A DNA stretch of 57,188 nucleotides, filler included, from Sphacelaria rigidula (taxonomy: Eukaryota): the NCBI GenBank assembly GCA_964200075.2. It is 5 parts of 5 records of this genome, joined end to end, with 100 filler letters (N's around TTAATTAATTAA, not from the genome) between each part and the next. Parts side by side here need not be neighbours in the genome. Positions count along the whole stretch, not along the records: positions 34,376 to 45,732 come from CAXNAA020005028.1; positions 45,833 to 57,188 come from CAXNAA020005029.1; 3 more parts are not named here. The stretch is one strand, 5' to 3'. Each line of letters begins with the position of its first letter. Position 1 is the stretch's first letter. Shown one piece after another: positions 37,474-50,700 of this stretch. A program made the translations under genes and the position numbers. Under the pieces are notes generated by a model. The model did not search any database. It was given only the letters and a program-made list of their open reading frames with translations, and was not told the origin of the DNA.

Positions 37474-40400
37474 ATGCGGGCGCTCGTCTTGTGGATCGCC
37501 GTGTTCACGTCTCTTCCATTATGTTGCTGCGCGGAGGGTATCAAATTGGTCCATCATGACTCACCTCAAGAAATCTCTGGTGGTCCGGAGAAGCGCAGCC
37601 ACCTGGATGAGGACATCCGCTCGCCGGAGTTGTTTAGCCCGAAATGGGCGAAGGAATATTTCAATGCCTCGACTGTAGTGGAGAGCAACACAGTCGGCTG
37701 TTTCCCGGGGAGAGGGAGTTACATCTGGACTGTGTCGGGGCTTGGAAGCAACATAAACCGTGAGCCCCCTTCTTCGCTGTTGAACAGTAATAGCCGTGAC
37801 GGGCTGTACCCGTACGGGTCGCGTCTCCAGGCCGTTAGTGGGTGACGTCCGCGCGATGCGCTTAGTTCGCTCTGAAGGGTTCCGAAATGACAAACTACGG
37901 TCGTCCTCACACGCCATTCCTTACTGGCATAGTTTGTGAGAACGAACTTCATGGCCGATCGCTCGTTGTCTCCTTGTTCCGAAAGTAATACAAATCAAAC
38001 GTGGTGTTGATTTTCACGACCGACTGTCGACAGGTGAGTCCCGATAGCCACGAGTGTCGCTGTGCGCGACAACGCAACATACGAGCGGCAGCGTTGAGAG
38101 TCGGCATTGAATTGGTCGGTCTACACATGTTCAGATATTATTGCTTCTTTGAATCACTGGGGTTTGTGCTGCCTACCGTGCTTATGGCCCCCTGTCGTGG
38201 GAGGTTTGATATCGCTACTGCAATTAGCACGGCCGCTATGTGGCTTGGGGTCACTCTTTTTCACTCGACTAAATAGCAAGTGCTCGCCGCTACACCAGAG
38301 CGCGACGTTGTCACCTTCAGCAGTCTGTGCGTTTTCATGGCATTGCATTCAACCCTTTTGGAACCCATTGACGATATATATTTTTGTGAAACTGCATCGT
38401 TTTGACTTGAAAACGACTAAAAATGATGCTGGTTGACAAAAACAAAAATCGCCAATGGGTCCCAAAAGGGTTAAATATACAGGTACAGCGTGGAAACGTG
38501 TATGGAATGTTCCAGTATGCTTGCAGCCTGGACCCTTGGAGACCTGAAAATCTTTTTTCCAACACTTATCCCATCCAAGGTTGATCGCTAATCTTTCAAG
38601 GACAATTTCATGAAAAAAGTGGATGGAAAATACACGTTCGCGCGCATGGGTAAAAGCATGTTTACACTAACTAGCCGATGAATTTTGTGGTTGGATATAC
38701 ATTGTTTTTGTCAAATCTTAAGGTTACCCTGACTCCAACCCCAACACAGGGGATGTCGAGGACCCTCGAGCAAGGAAGGTAGGTATAAATGGTAACGTGG
38801 GAAAGTGGGCGTGTATGAGCGTGCTGTACCTTTTCTTCTGTGTCCCCGCCCCCCCACCCCCCCTCCCCCTCGGAACGGTGCTCCGTGTCGAAAGGGATGC
38901 GTGGTCAACGGTCAAACGACTAAGACAAGCAACAAATGATTACCCCCCCCCCCTCGTGTAATCTCTTTTTCAAACGGACTTCCTTCCCCGTCGGCGGTCC
39001 TTTTGTCTTCTTGTGTTCCTGCATGTAGTTCTAACGAACACTTGGGTGCAGACTCTTGCCATCAAAAAGTGGCAAAACATGTCGATCATCATGAGGTCAA
39101 ACCAAATGATGGCGGTCACCTGCGGGAGAGTGAGCGGCGGGCGGGCCTTCGCGGGCTGGGAATGTCTCTTTTCACCCATGCCACATCTTTGCATCTTCAA
39201 CTCTACAGAGGTACAATCAGGATGGCTGTTAAAAGATCATTTACAGCAGCCTTGCCTGGGCGAAAATGGGAAACGTCTAGATTTTTTCGTTATTTGTTGT
39301 CTCCCAGCCTGCCGTATGTTTGGGTAAGACAGGCTGAGTGCGTTCTTTAACCCCCCCCCCCCCCCCCCCCTGCAATTATTCTGCATGGACTGAAGAAGAC
39401 AGAGGGAGTGACCGCTTTCGACGGGACAGTTTCAGCAAACGATGTATTGGGAATATATTTTGCGGATTCAAGAATGTTCTCTAACGAATCTCGTTGTCAG
39501 GAACATTTTCAACACGTTCTTCGTTCAGAGTTACACTTGCTATTACAAGCGAGGTTTGTTTCTGCTGCTTCTTCACCATTTCGCGGGTGAAGACTATGAA
39601 GGTAAAGACTATGAAGGTAAAGACTATGAAATGCCGCATAACTGGGACTGCGGTGCTGTCGTGAAATATTTTTACTGCTTGCTCTGTCAAGTACACGTCT
39701 CCCCTCTCGCTGCTTGGTCATCTACAGTAGTTGGCGGTTGAACGAGGCGATTTTGTATATATTTTGTAGTTGACGTTTTTCTTACGTTTTTTCGCGTGCC
39801 ATCGCTCATCACAGTGAACGTTCGATCCCAAAGTTCGGGGACCGGGAAATACTAGTCATCCGCTCCACATTCAGGAACTAAAATTTTCTCTGCACTCAGT
39901 ATTGAACGACTTACGGGCTGGCGGGTTCTCGGGGGTCCTCCGACTCCACAGCCCAAGGTTCTGACTCTTTGATATTTTTGCTCGATTGAAGCAGTACCGA
40001 TCGTTCTTACCAACAAATGTCAAGGTTTTTATAGCAGTTCTACCTCTGCATTGCGCTAGAGCAAGAGTTGTGTTTATTTGGTCCACTTATTGCTGGGAAC
40101 ATCCCCTGAGGAACGAGGTCCTTCCTCCGTATCGCCCTGACATCAACTTGGGGATTTTGTCCTGAGCACGACCTGCTTCTTTGCCCAATATTCATCGACG
40201 CTACGGCTTTCGAGTGCCAATAAAGAATACCAGGCAAAATATATCGGAGAAATATCCAACTACAAAGTTGCCCAACCGAGGTTTGTACAGCACAGAGGGG
40301 TGAACCAATCCCAATCGTTCTCGTGAATTATTGTTCAGACTCATTTTTTCTTGTTTGTAACTATTCATGGCACTAGAGCCGGAAAGAAGTGTGTTTTGAA

Positions 40401-43400
40401 CCCAAAACGGTCAATAACACCCTCGGTCAATTTTCGTAGCTGGGTATTTATTTTTAATTTTCTCGCACAGCATTCGCCCTTCGCGCTTTGGAAGCCCTAA
40501 CACCGATGGGTATTAGCAAAATAAGCAGATCGTGCTCAGGACAATATCCCCAAGTTGGTGTTGTGGGAGTGATACGGAGTAAGAACCTCGTTCATCAGGG
40601 TGTGTTGTCGACCGTCATTGGTCCACAAAATGAGGTTTTTCGGTGCGAACGCAGTAAATAAGTAGAAATTCAAAAACCCAGTTGTTGACATATACCCACG
40701 AGAACGATCGGGATTGCTTCAATCGACCAAGGGGTCAGAACCTGGGGCTGTGTAGTCGATCTCCGAGGACTGACCAGCCCGGAAGTTGTTCAATATTGAG
40801 TGCGGAGATAATTTCCTTTCCGGGATGTGGAGCAGATGCCTAGCATCTCCCAATCCCCGAACTTTGGGATCAAACGTTCAACGTGATGAGCGGTTGCACG
40901 CGAACAAACGTTTGAAAATCGCCAACGACAAAAAGATTACAATGATCGCCTTGTTCAGCCGCTAACTACTCTCCTGCATTTGTGCCGTATGGGGGATAAG
41001 ACTGACGCTCCGACTACAGTTTTGTTCCCTGCTTCGAAGTCATGTAAATGTATTGGCAATCGTTTTCAACTCTCTGCACTACTGTACCAGTAACATTCGT
41101 AGCAGTAGACCACTGTGTTCTCAATTTTTCGAAATGAACTCACATAACGATCAGATACATTGTTCATACGGCAGCCGCACAAACTCACTATCACGTGACC
41201 TTATCAACCCTCTCCACCGCGAAGTTGTGATTTTCACCCTGGTTAGTGGCAATACTCTTGTGTACCTGCCTACCTCGTATCCTTCAATGAGGGATCCTTC
41301 TAGACGAAGGCCTTCCTCTGTCCCTTGTCTCCATACTCATCGACCCGGGGTGTTCCATCCTCGATTTCTCGAGACCCCAGACATAGCACTCCGCAAGCTC
41401 CCCGATTGATCGGGCAGAGAAAGCGTTTGTGACGTCATTCCGACGTCATGGCTCCGATAGTCACAGCGTGGGTATTGCATGCTTTCATCACTTTCGTGTT
41501 GCAGTCGTTGTGAAGGTAGGGTTGTCGGGAGAGTGTGGATCCAGCGAGCAGCCTCGGGCAACGATATACTGAAGCTTGTAGCCCCCACGAAACATTTCAT
41601 GGCAAGCTCGCACGAAAATTGTGGGACGTGCATCAGTTTGAACAGATTTATTTATGACTCACGCGCGTTCGGTGCGAGTGTTTTGCTATTGATCTACGTG
41701 GAGGGATTGCGAGATTCGATGATTTTGATGTAATGAAGCACATATCGCCCTACGGGCGGAGGTGCGCCATCGCAGGGTCGAACGCTCGGCGGTCCCGATG
41801 TTTCCACCGAACCACATCCTTAGATTGAATAAAACTGACTGTTGGCGTGATTTTCGTGCAGCAATGGGTGGAGTCGATGGAAGCGAGCGGAGCCATATCT
41901 AAGGAAGACATAGCTGCGGCCATCAATGCAAGGCCTCTCAAAACCCGTGCTATGACGGTACAAAAGGCTCTGGAGGGTACAGGCGTCGACTATGCCGGTG
42001 CAAAAGGGGTGAGTGACCACACGTAGGATGAGTCATGGCCCCGGGGGTTATTAGATAATGGTCAGTTGTGGGGCATACGCGAGGTATGAGCCATGAATAG
42101 AGTGTTTGTACGGCTAAGAAACGGGTGCATGCCATACACGTGGATGAATGGCGCCTCCTTAGTTTGCTTCCCTGAGTCTCGCTAAGTGCAACTGAAGAGT
42201 AAATGCAATAAATATGCGCAGCGAGTTGATTCCTTCGTGCTCGTTATGACCGCATATTTTGGAATGGCTCAAGGTACTTTATATAGCCTACATCAGCTGG
42301 CGATTGACCCTCAGCCCCAAGATTTTTTTCTTGTTTTCCTTGAAGGAAGGGGGAAACCGTACCCAACTCTTAGCCCGCAAGCGGGTTCGTGTGCCCATTA
42401 CCCGGAGGCTCGGTTAGACTGCCTCGCGGCAGTCATATGGGGCAGGCGCCTCGAGCGTTCGGAAGCTTTGCTCAAGGCTGTGTGGGGGTCCGACCCACTG
42501 AAACCCCCCTGTCGGCTTGGCGCAGTGCACGCGCCGCCCTACACTTGAGAACTGCGGCACTAGAGAAATTTTGACAGAACCGACCACACCAAGCAATCGT
42601 ATCTTAATCGAAGAGGGATCGTATTCAACGCCTTGGTCAATCATGTCAATAATCTCACCCCGCGTTTTTGGGACGCATTGCGTAGCACGTTACATTGGCA
42701 TGGAGTGGTTCCTACACAATCTCAGTCGATGAGCCGGTCGGTTGTGAGCCAGGCTTTATACCTATGTATCTCTCGTCGAGCATATGAGCATTCACCAAGT
42801 CAACTCTGCACGCAGAACTACGGAATAGAGAATAATCAAGCAAAACGCGAGAAACGGAACGTCCCCCACAATGGAGGACCACGTGCTATGTCATACACCA
42901 AGTCTATACCGGTACATTTTGTTTTTTCCTCACACTTTGAACCCCTCCCCTTCCTCGGGATGAGTCCGTGATCTCAAGGGATCAACCCATCTCTCCCCCG
43001 GTACGTGCCTTTCATTCAGGTCTCGCGGATTGGATCAGCACTCCCGCACCGCGTCAGATCACGTCACACAAACCCATATACACACTCATTTTTTCACGTA
43101 TGCCTAACCATCAGAGCTACTAACACCACAGGGTTCCTCCAAAGGGAGCGATAGACCCGTGGTAAGGTCGAATCTGGGCGCTGAGTCGCTACAAGTCGAA
43201 TGATCTTGACCCGAAGACGTTGAGGAAAACAGTTCAGATGTTTGTTTTTGAGTAAGCCACTGAGCCACTGCTCATTATAAGATACGAGGAAGAAGCAATC
43301 CATCACTTCCTCGAGAGCGGTTGATCAACCTTCAAACGCCATTAAACAAGACGACAAGCGGCACCCACGAAGTACGGGGGTGGAGCGTTGGCCCATGTCT

Positions 43401-45422
43401 TGTATGGATACGTCTCATCAAGGAGGTGAAATCCGTATCATGCTGCCCCCCTGGTTCTGTTCTGCAAGGATCTACAAGAAGAGAGGGAGGAGAGGAACTA
43501 TGCACCATGGAAATACCATTTCTCCTCTCATCCTCCGCATTCTTAAGAGTGAAAGTTGTGCGACCAAAAGCGGCCCGGAAAGGCAGAAATTTGAAGTAGT
43601 CTTACATTCGCGAATACCCCTAGCTAACGCTCCCACACCCCTCCTGACTGCTGAACGTTTCAAAGCGGAGCTCGAAAATATAGGTGTTTTGTTTCGCTTA
43701 AGCACAAGGATCTTTTCACATCACTTGGAGAGGATTACAGTCTAGCACCCCCTCTCGCCTCGTGTCGTTGAACGACTGACTTCATTGTCTGTGTCAACCA
43801 ACGTTGTTTTAGGTACTGACCACTCGGTTGTGGGGTTATTTGACGCCATGGCTTCGATATATGGTGGACGAAGTGGTGCGCAGAAACCTTACTGAGAGGA
43901 TAGGCGAGGATGCGTTCGTCGGGATTCACGTCCGGAGAGGGGATCTGATTGCACTTCACCAGGCTCACGCGGTTGAACCCGAGGTTAGTAATCTGACCTG
44001 AATTTTCATCAAGAGGAAAATGACTGGGGATTCCGAAAACATACTCGACTATAAGTAAGGCACCATCACTACCAATGATGATTCGCGTCCATGGAGAGTA
44101 AATTACCGTGAAAACCGTCGAGAACGAATGCACTAGGTAGAACGCACGATATGATGTTGTTGCTCGACAGCCAACGTACGGTGCTACTATTGTTGACGAA
44201 TAAATGTTTTGTTCGAGTCTGTTCTGCCGAGCTTTGAAGATACCTGTGGATGGAACGTTCTGTGGCCAGTAGCCTGCACCTTACAAACGTTTTGGGAGAT
44301 GAGTTTGTTTTGAAGGGCAAGCAAATATCCTTGGGTGCCCCAGGGGACTCGTGGTTCAACAGTGGTTGAACGATCATGTCAGAAAGCTCGGAGCTCTGTA
44401 TATCTGAAAGGGCTGGTGAGAATGGGCCGATGTCGTTAGCCACTGTACGATGGAGTGGTGTTCAAAGAGACGCGCAGTGGACATTCGCAGACAGCAAGCT
44501 GCAATACCCTCCTTGTGTGCCACATAGGTGTGGTGGATCTCCAGGCTATGGCGACATCCTGTCGCCCCCTTTGCCCACCAATCCACTGTACCGGGCAGTC
44601 ATGTAGCGAGTAATGCTTTTCGTGTGTCTACCGTGAAATAAAAACAATTCGCATCGAGCGGTCACTCGTTCGTGGGCTGCCGAGCATTCAATAATACTAA
44701 GTCTTATGAAGGCTAATGTGCGCCATATGCATTCGTACTGGTCCGCTGTGCTCCCTTAGACGAGTGGGCCTCGTCGTATATGCAGAAGTACGTACTACTG
44801 TATTGACTTGTCAACGCTGTGAGAGATGTTTTTTATTCGTGTTCCACTCTTCACGGAGTTTGCCTCATTCGGCCATTCACTCTCTGAAGGAAGATAAACG
44901 GAATGAGCGAGTAACTTGCAATACGTGCCATCTGTCCAGGATGTGAGAGAGGGTATACTCTAGGACGCTTAGTATTTAGTAAGAGATGCTCCAGTGTATT
45001 CGAGGAGACATCGTTATATGCAATGCCAGCAAAACCGTTGTTTTCTTCGGTCACTTGGACATGTATTTGAAAAGTTCTTGCGCCCGTATTACGCATAGTT
45101 GCTGTTCGTATGTAAGTGCCTGCTCCGCTGTGTAAGGCTCTGTCGTGGGTGCATGCTACCCGATTAATCGCGATTGCAACCGCAGGAGTACCTGCGGGCC
45201 GCGCGTGCGTACTATCTCGACGCGAAGGACACGTCTGGTATAGAGAGTATCAAGGGCATGTGGATAGCTTCAACCAACCACACGGTGGTGGACGACTTTC
45301 GCGGACTAGTTCGCAAGTACTTCCCCAATGTTGAACGGGAAAACGTGGTGTGGGCACCCAGCGGGGTGCCCGGGGGATATCGATCGCGGGGAATCGTGGC
45401 TCACACGCACACGTCGCTGCAG
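37474..45422 (+). CDS. GT23-like (alpha-1,6-fucosyltransferase-like) gene, partial; exons 37474-37759, 39029-39210, 45186-45422
   Basis: Hydrophobic N-terminus MRALVLWIAVFTSLPLCCC; phase-1 splice gives SGLGSNINLLTNTWVQTLAIKKW..GWECLFSPMPHLCIFNSTE; later exon EYLRAA..IKGMWIAST..YFPNV..GVPGG resembles the brown-algal GT23 family (from memory); middle exon(s) not found. Confidence 0.7.
38353..38470. mobile_element. Mini piggyBac-like MITE
   Basis: TIRs CCCTTTTGGAACCCATTGACGAT / ATCGCCAATGGGTCCCAAAAGGG; flanks TCAA/TTAA. Confidence 0.8.
39725..40971. mobile_element. Non-autonomous element with long (~450 bp) diverged TIRs
   Basis: AGTAGTTGGCGGTTGAAC..GATCCCAAAGTTCGGGGA..CCTGAGCACGA is inverted as TCGTGCTCAGG..TCCCCGAACTTTGGGATC..GTTCAGCCGCTAACTACT; TSD unclear. 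Confidence 0.85.
41450..44600 (-). pseudogene. Possibly a highly decayed non-LTR retrotransposon (CRE-like)
   Basis: Only faint peptide echoes (CAKPTGGF, CELAMKCFVG); no intact RT motif. Confidence 0.25.
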
Positions 45423-45532
45423 GTATGTGTAGTGCGCACGTGTGCAGGCGCGGAATACTATATTGTGACTTACCTTACTCATAGCCTGTACTTGCTCTTG
45501 TGGTGTAAGTTGTTGTTCCGGCTGCTGTGAAC

Positions 45533-45706
45533 GTACGTATGTTTGTTTGTATGTATGTTTGTATGTATGTATGTATGTATGTATGTATGTATGTATGTAT
45601 GTATGTTTGTTTGTATTTCGGTATGTATGTAGATATGTACGTATGTATGTCTCGATGTATTTATGTACTGATGTATGTATTGTGGTTTGTCTTTATGTAT
45701 GTATGT
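45533..45706. repeat. (TATG)n microsatellite flanked by a 29-bp direct repeat
   Basis: TGTACTTGCTCTTGTGGTGTAAGTTGTTG at 45488 and 45704. Confidence 0.93.
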
Positions 45707-45732
45707 ACTTGCTCTTGTGGTGTAAGTTGTTG

Positions 45733-45832
45733 NNNNNNNNNNNNNNNNNNNNNNNNNNNNNNNNNNNNNNNNNNNNTTAATTAATTAANNNNNNNNNNNN
45801 NNNNNNNNNNNNNNNNNNNNNNNNNNNNNNNN
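45733..45832. other. Artificial contig linker
   Basis: N44-TTAATTAATTAA-N44. Confidence 0.99.
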
Positions 45833-46829
45833 GTGCAAGAGAGATATGCCACTTCAGCCCCATATTTTGTATGAACCCCAAAATATAAAATCGGCTGTTA
45901 TTTTGCCCTGCATAAAGGAAAATCGCGGTAGGGGGATTTGAAGGAGGAGCCCATCGGCCGCGTGTTCAGCGAAATACAAAGAACAAAAATCCAGTTGGGA
46001 TTAGCAGCGCTCACGAAACTCGTCGGGTTGGTACCACTGAAAAACACTACAAACAGCATTTTTCCGACATTTGAGGGTGCAGCGTCCTTTTGATAGTCGG
46101 AATTTTAGCCGTTACGGAACCGATGTGACGTTTACTTGAAACGTTACTGCGTGACCGAATAATGCCGCGATAGCCCTCCTCACACACACCATCCCGAAAG
46201 CTGTCTCGACAAAAATGGCCAAGCCTTGCCCATGGTTGGTATCAGACTGCACGAAGGGCCTCGAAAACGATTCCATTCGTGGGTGTTCCTAGCTGCTCGG
46301 TGCGCTAGGCATATGTAATTATGACCTGCGTTTAGATTTTGCCTCCTAAAATCAGCCGCCTTTTTCGGGGGGGGGGGGTGTACTCATCACCATGCATGCT
46401 ATAGTTATCAGACCATTGACCTCGCATCCCTACAATGCCGGGGGGGTTATCGGGGCATGATTGGACATTCATTATAAATCCAGGCCTTTAAAAGGTCAAC
46501 ATTCCGGAGAAGTAGTCGTTGGATATATAATCTGAAAAAAACAAGGGCCCACATACGATTCTTGAAATCGCACGGGTTACTCCCCTATGCCCTCGCATTC
46601 AAGGTAGAAGATGGAAATATTATTTTTGGAACACATGACAGTATGTACAGCGTGTCATCATAACCTGCTCACTGTACAGCGGCGCCTTGACGAGAGGGAT
46701 GTTCCGGTGATTGATATTCTCATTTCCATTATTTTAATGTTTTAGTTCAACAAAACGGATATTTCTTTGCTTCTCGGACAACGGTCGACTCTCAACCTCC
46801 CCGTGTTCCCCAATGCCTTTCGAATTAAA

Positions 46830-47270
46830 ACACGGGATCTTACAAATTGGGGATGGATCGTTCATTGGGGAAAATAATCCTGGAGAAATAAAATTTTCTT
46901 ATCCACACCAAATCTTCGAAATATGGTTCCATTTCTTCACCTACTGATAGATGTTGACAACTGCTACACGCCATACAAATTTGGATTTTGATCACCCAAA
47001 CATTGCAGCCCGAAGTGAAAAACGAATTTCGGAACCATTTTGGCGTCCGTTCGGACACCCGGCATACCCCAAAATTGGTTTTGCACCTAGGACCCCAACA
47101 TTTCGGTTATCGAGATCCAAATTTGTATGATCTGTAGTAGTTGCAAGTAGCCATCAGTAGGTGAAGAAATGGGACCATATTTCGAAGATTTGGTGTGGAT
47201 ACGAAGATTTTAATTCTCCGGGTTTCTCATCCCCACGAAAGATCCATTCACAATTTGTAAGATCCCGTGT
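46830..47270. mobile_element. Foldback MITE, second copy of 18549-18990
   Basis: Same termini, same length and same central GGAACCATTTTGGCGTCCGTTCGGACACCCG. Confidence 0.93.
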
Positions 47271-47324
47271 TGCAATTCTTCCACCGTAAGCATTGGCGAT
47301 CTGTTGAAACGGTGATCACTTTAC

Positions 47325-47700
47325 ATCCAACGGTGGCTCACTTGGTAACCTCGACACCTTTTGACGGTGGGGTCGTGGGTTCAAATCTCGGAGCGATCTA
47401 GGATTTTTTCTCACACCACGCCCAATAGTGGAGAGCGACTATGCCATGGGTACACAAAATTCGACTTCACGGTCGACGAGGGAAAGAGACTGCTGGACCC
47501 CCCTCGCGACAAAAATAAAGGCAAGCACCGCAAAAGGAAGGTGGAGCACTAAAAACAAGACAAAGAATAATAATAATAATAACTCCCGTGTTGACCTTCC
47601 TCCTGTGTGACCCCGGCTGATGCGCCCACATATACCGAAAGGTGTAGACCGGCGTCCTGAAGAGACGGGACGACAGCACACAATACACACGTTGAACACA
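47325..47700 (+). mobile_element. tRNA-derived SINE
   Basis: Pol III A box TGGCTCACTTGG (47334-47345), B box GGTTCAAATCT (47378-47388), anticodon-like arm CACC-TTTTGAC-GGTG (TTG, Gln-like), followed by a body repeated at 5036-5250. Confidence 0.75.
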
Positions 47701-50700
47701 AAAAAGTAGGTAGTGCCCCACAAACTCGCCACGAAGGGTGTACCGAGAGAAATAACTCTGTGCCACTTGACCCGAAAATGTGCCGAAACGAACAAACGTG
47801 AAAAAGAAAAGGATAAACGAGTGCGCGTGGGAGCCGATTCTTTCGTTCATGATTTTGTGATTGCTGTGCGTGCGCCGGAACCCTCCCTTAATTTGAGAGA
47901 CAACTTTCTGTCGACAAGTCAGTTTAGGAGAGAAGTTTATTTCATTAATCGATGGAAACAGAGCCAACGCACACCCACAAGTTCAAAAGTGTTCGTCCAC
48001 TTTTTTCATCTCTCGGCGCCACACATGATGAGGCCTTGCACCTACCACTTTTTTCCTAGTAGAAGTACGTCCTCATCATATTTTACCCATGAATGCGTTG
48101 CATATGCATTTGCACGCAGGTTTTTGGTTTTCGATCGTCTCCGAGTTGCCGAAATTGCCCAATCCATGTGACACTGTGAAGTTTCCATCAAGTGAGACGA
48201 TTTCAGTGTTTCATCAACAACATAATTTTTTTCTTCATGTACTCATCGAAATTCATCCGCAGACGTATATTTTAATCGGTGCTGATGCTAAACGCACACA
48301 ATGCCTGCTTCTCAATCTAAACACCCCACTACAGCACAAAGAAGCAACGCACACACATGGTAACCGTGGAAAAATACTGCTATACACTAGTCACGCAGAT
48401 TGACCAGGGGGCGCATGCATTTTCATCCAAAATCAAACGACACGAGAACTACGGGCCAAATGATGCATGGCAGTCCGTCCGTCATCATCCAGCTATCGAA
48501 CAGAATCACATCATCCACAACGACACCTACCGTTGTCATGAGATTCTGCAATTTTTCTGGGTCTCGCCGGATACACCGAGAATTTCGAAAACAAGATGTA
48601 ACCCAGGGTTACTCCACCTGCTGCATGCAGGGAGATACAGGATAATGGCATAGCGGCAATGACCTTGCACCACAGAAAAACTCACAAGTCAAGTGCTCCT
48701 CGATCTATCCACACGAAAAAACAACAAGTGGGCAAAAGATATAGTATCTACACGCGGCCGAGCGACGAAAACGCAGAGAGGGAGAGAAGCAAAAGGAGAC
48801 ACGACCAAACACAGCAGCTTCGTTTTTCCTTCTGCACTACTTGTACCGTAGGTCCAGGCAAAACAGACCGTTTTCACTGTCGCAATATATTTTCCCTCCT
48901 TCTCGTACAGATTCCCCCGTTGCAGCCCTTCTCTGCATTCCCTCCAAGCCTTGCACATATTTCTGCTACTACAAGTACATTTCTGCCCTTTGTACATTCC
49001 CATTGCCAATGGATAATGTGACAGCAGTTCCGCCGTGACGATGCTATACTCGCTCACTTCCCTCATCTGCCGTGAACATTAGACGAAACCACCACCATCA
49101 CCACCAGCAGAAGCCACCACAATCCACCACCGAAACAACCATTCGCTACGCGAGACAAACCCTGGAGAAACGCAGCTGAACACTTGGCTCCCATGTAACA
49201 TCAACGTCGTAACAAACCTGCTGCACACTGAGTACGGTAGTGCCTTCGATCTACTACCCTTTGTCCTCGTTGACTTCAAACCAACTGCTTGTAACCAATA
49301 ATATCTTACTGCTGGAGACCACCCATAAATTGAAGACTTTTGTCGCTAGGTATTTTTTATCAGTAAACTCGTATCCTCCTCCTTCCCCCCCCCCCCCTTG
49401 ACGTGAACAAAAGATTCCCCCGGTTGCTCGCTCTTCCCCTTCCCTCTGCTTCATGCTTCGTCTTTTCAGCAGTGAGCAACAGAAGAAAAAATCCAATACC
49501 CGAAAATGACAACACACGACGTCTGAAGTGTGATAATATGGGCCCATCAAATCACATGGGGTCATCACATCGAACGTAGACAAACCACTAGGAGAAAAAA
49601 ATCCTCTGGTGGGGCGCGAGGAGGAGAGCGATTCACCCTACCCCCGTCCTCCCCTCCTTGCGCGCACTCTTCTACTACCAAAGTAGTCAAGGTACACACG
49701 ACTCGTTCCTTGTCTTGTCGTCCCTCCGACTCATCTGATTTTGATACAAAACAACACGAGGGGATTCTGTTCGTTTTCCTCTGATGACGATTTTTTTTCG
49801 AACTGGAGAGTACGTCACCCCCCTCTCCCTCCTTTCCCTTCCCCCGTTTCCTATTTTCACGTGTTTTCACAGGCCTCTCGGCCCTCGTTAGAAGCCGTGA
49901 TCCAAAAAAGTGATCTCCCGTGTCGTGTCTGCCATACTGTAATACAGCAAAAAAAAATCCGTCACCGGAGATAACGTGCTCTGTTTTTTTTGCCGTAATC
50001 TGTGTTGTTCCGCTGTCGAGAAAAGCATTTTGAAAGCGGAGTCTCAAGCACAGAAGATCAGTCAAAATTCCCTCCTCATCGCCTCTGCCTTTTGTTGTCT
50101 CGTGCTTTTTTTTCCTTCATTTTTTTGTAGCCATACGAAGCCAGCCATCCGCGTGTTCTATCATTACTTTGCCCCCGTAAAAAAAAAAAGAGTACGGCAT
50201 CTTGCGACCATCGCAAGTCAGAAACGCTCTTCTTCCCTCCTTTATACATACCACGATCATCACTCGTCATGGAAAATAACTAAAATATCACTACGCCGCC
50301 CACCGGCTCCCCAGGAAAAGACACAGTCGAACCCAAACCCTTGACCTCAGGAGTACAACACAACGCATACTACAGTACGGAAGCTGCTGCAGCAGCATTG
50401 ACGCCCACACAGACATGCATTGACCACCATGGGCTGTCCATGTTCCGAAAAATAGGAAGGCAAGACCAAAGATCAACAGCATATCCGGAGACAACCATAG
50501 TTTCGCGCGTAAAATCGCAATCTTGCCGACTTCGACTAATACCCCGATGATGGGACCGTCTGCCCAGAGCGAGAGTGTAGGGCGTGCATACGAAATCGGC
50601 GTCAAATAAACGTTATTTTTCCCCCCTCAGATAGTGAGCGAGAAAAGTTATATTAAACCATCTCTACAAATACATATGCACGTGGTCGAATTTTTGTCGG

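Noticed and set aside
40969..41010. LLHLCRMGDK as the missing GT23 HxRRGDK motif
   Set aside because: Wrong spacing, no splice context, and it abuts a TIR; probably chance
47325..47400. Functional tRNA-Gln gene
   Set aside because: Acceptor and T stems do not pair well and it runs into a repeated body, so it is a SINE head
47612..47657. CTGATG...CGAAA as a hammerhead ribozyme
   Set aside because: The core is CTGATGC rather than CTGANGA, and stems II and III cannot form; GAAA fits better as a tetraloop
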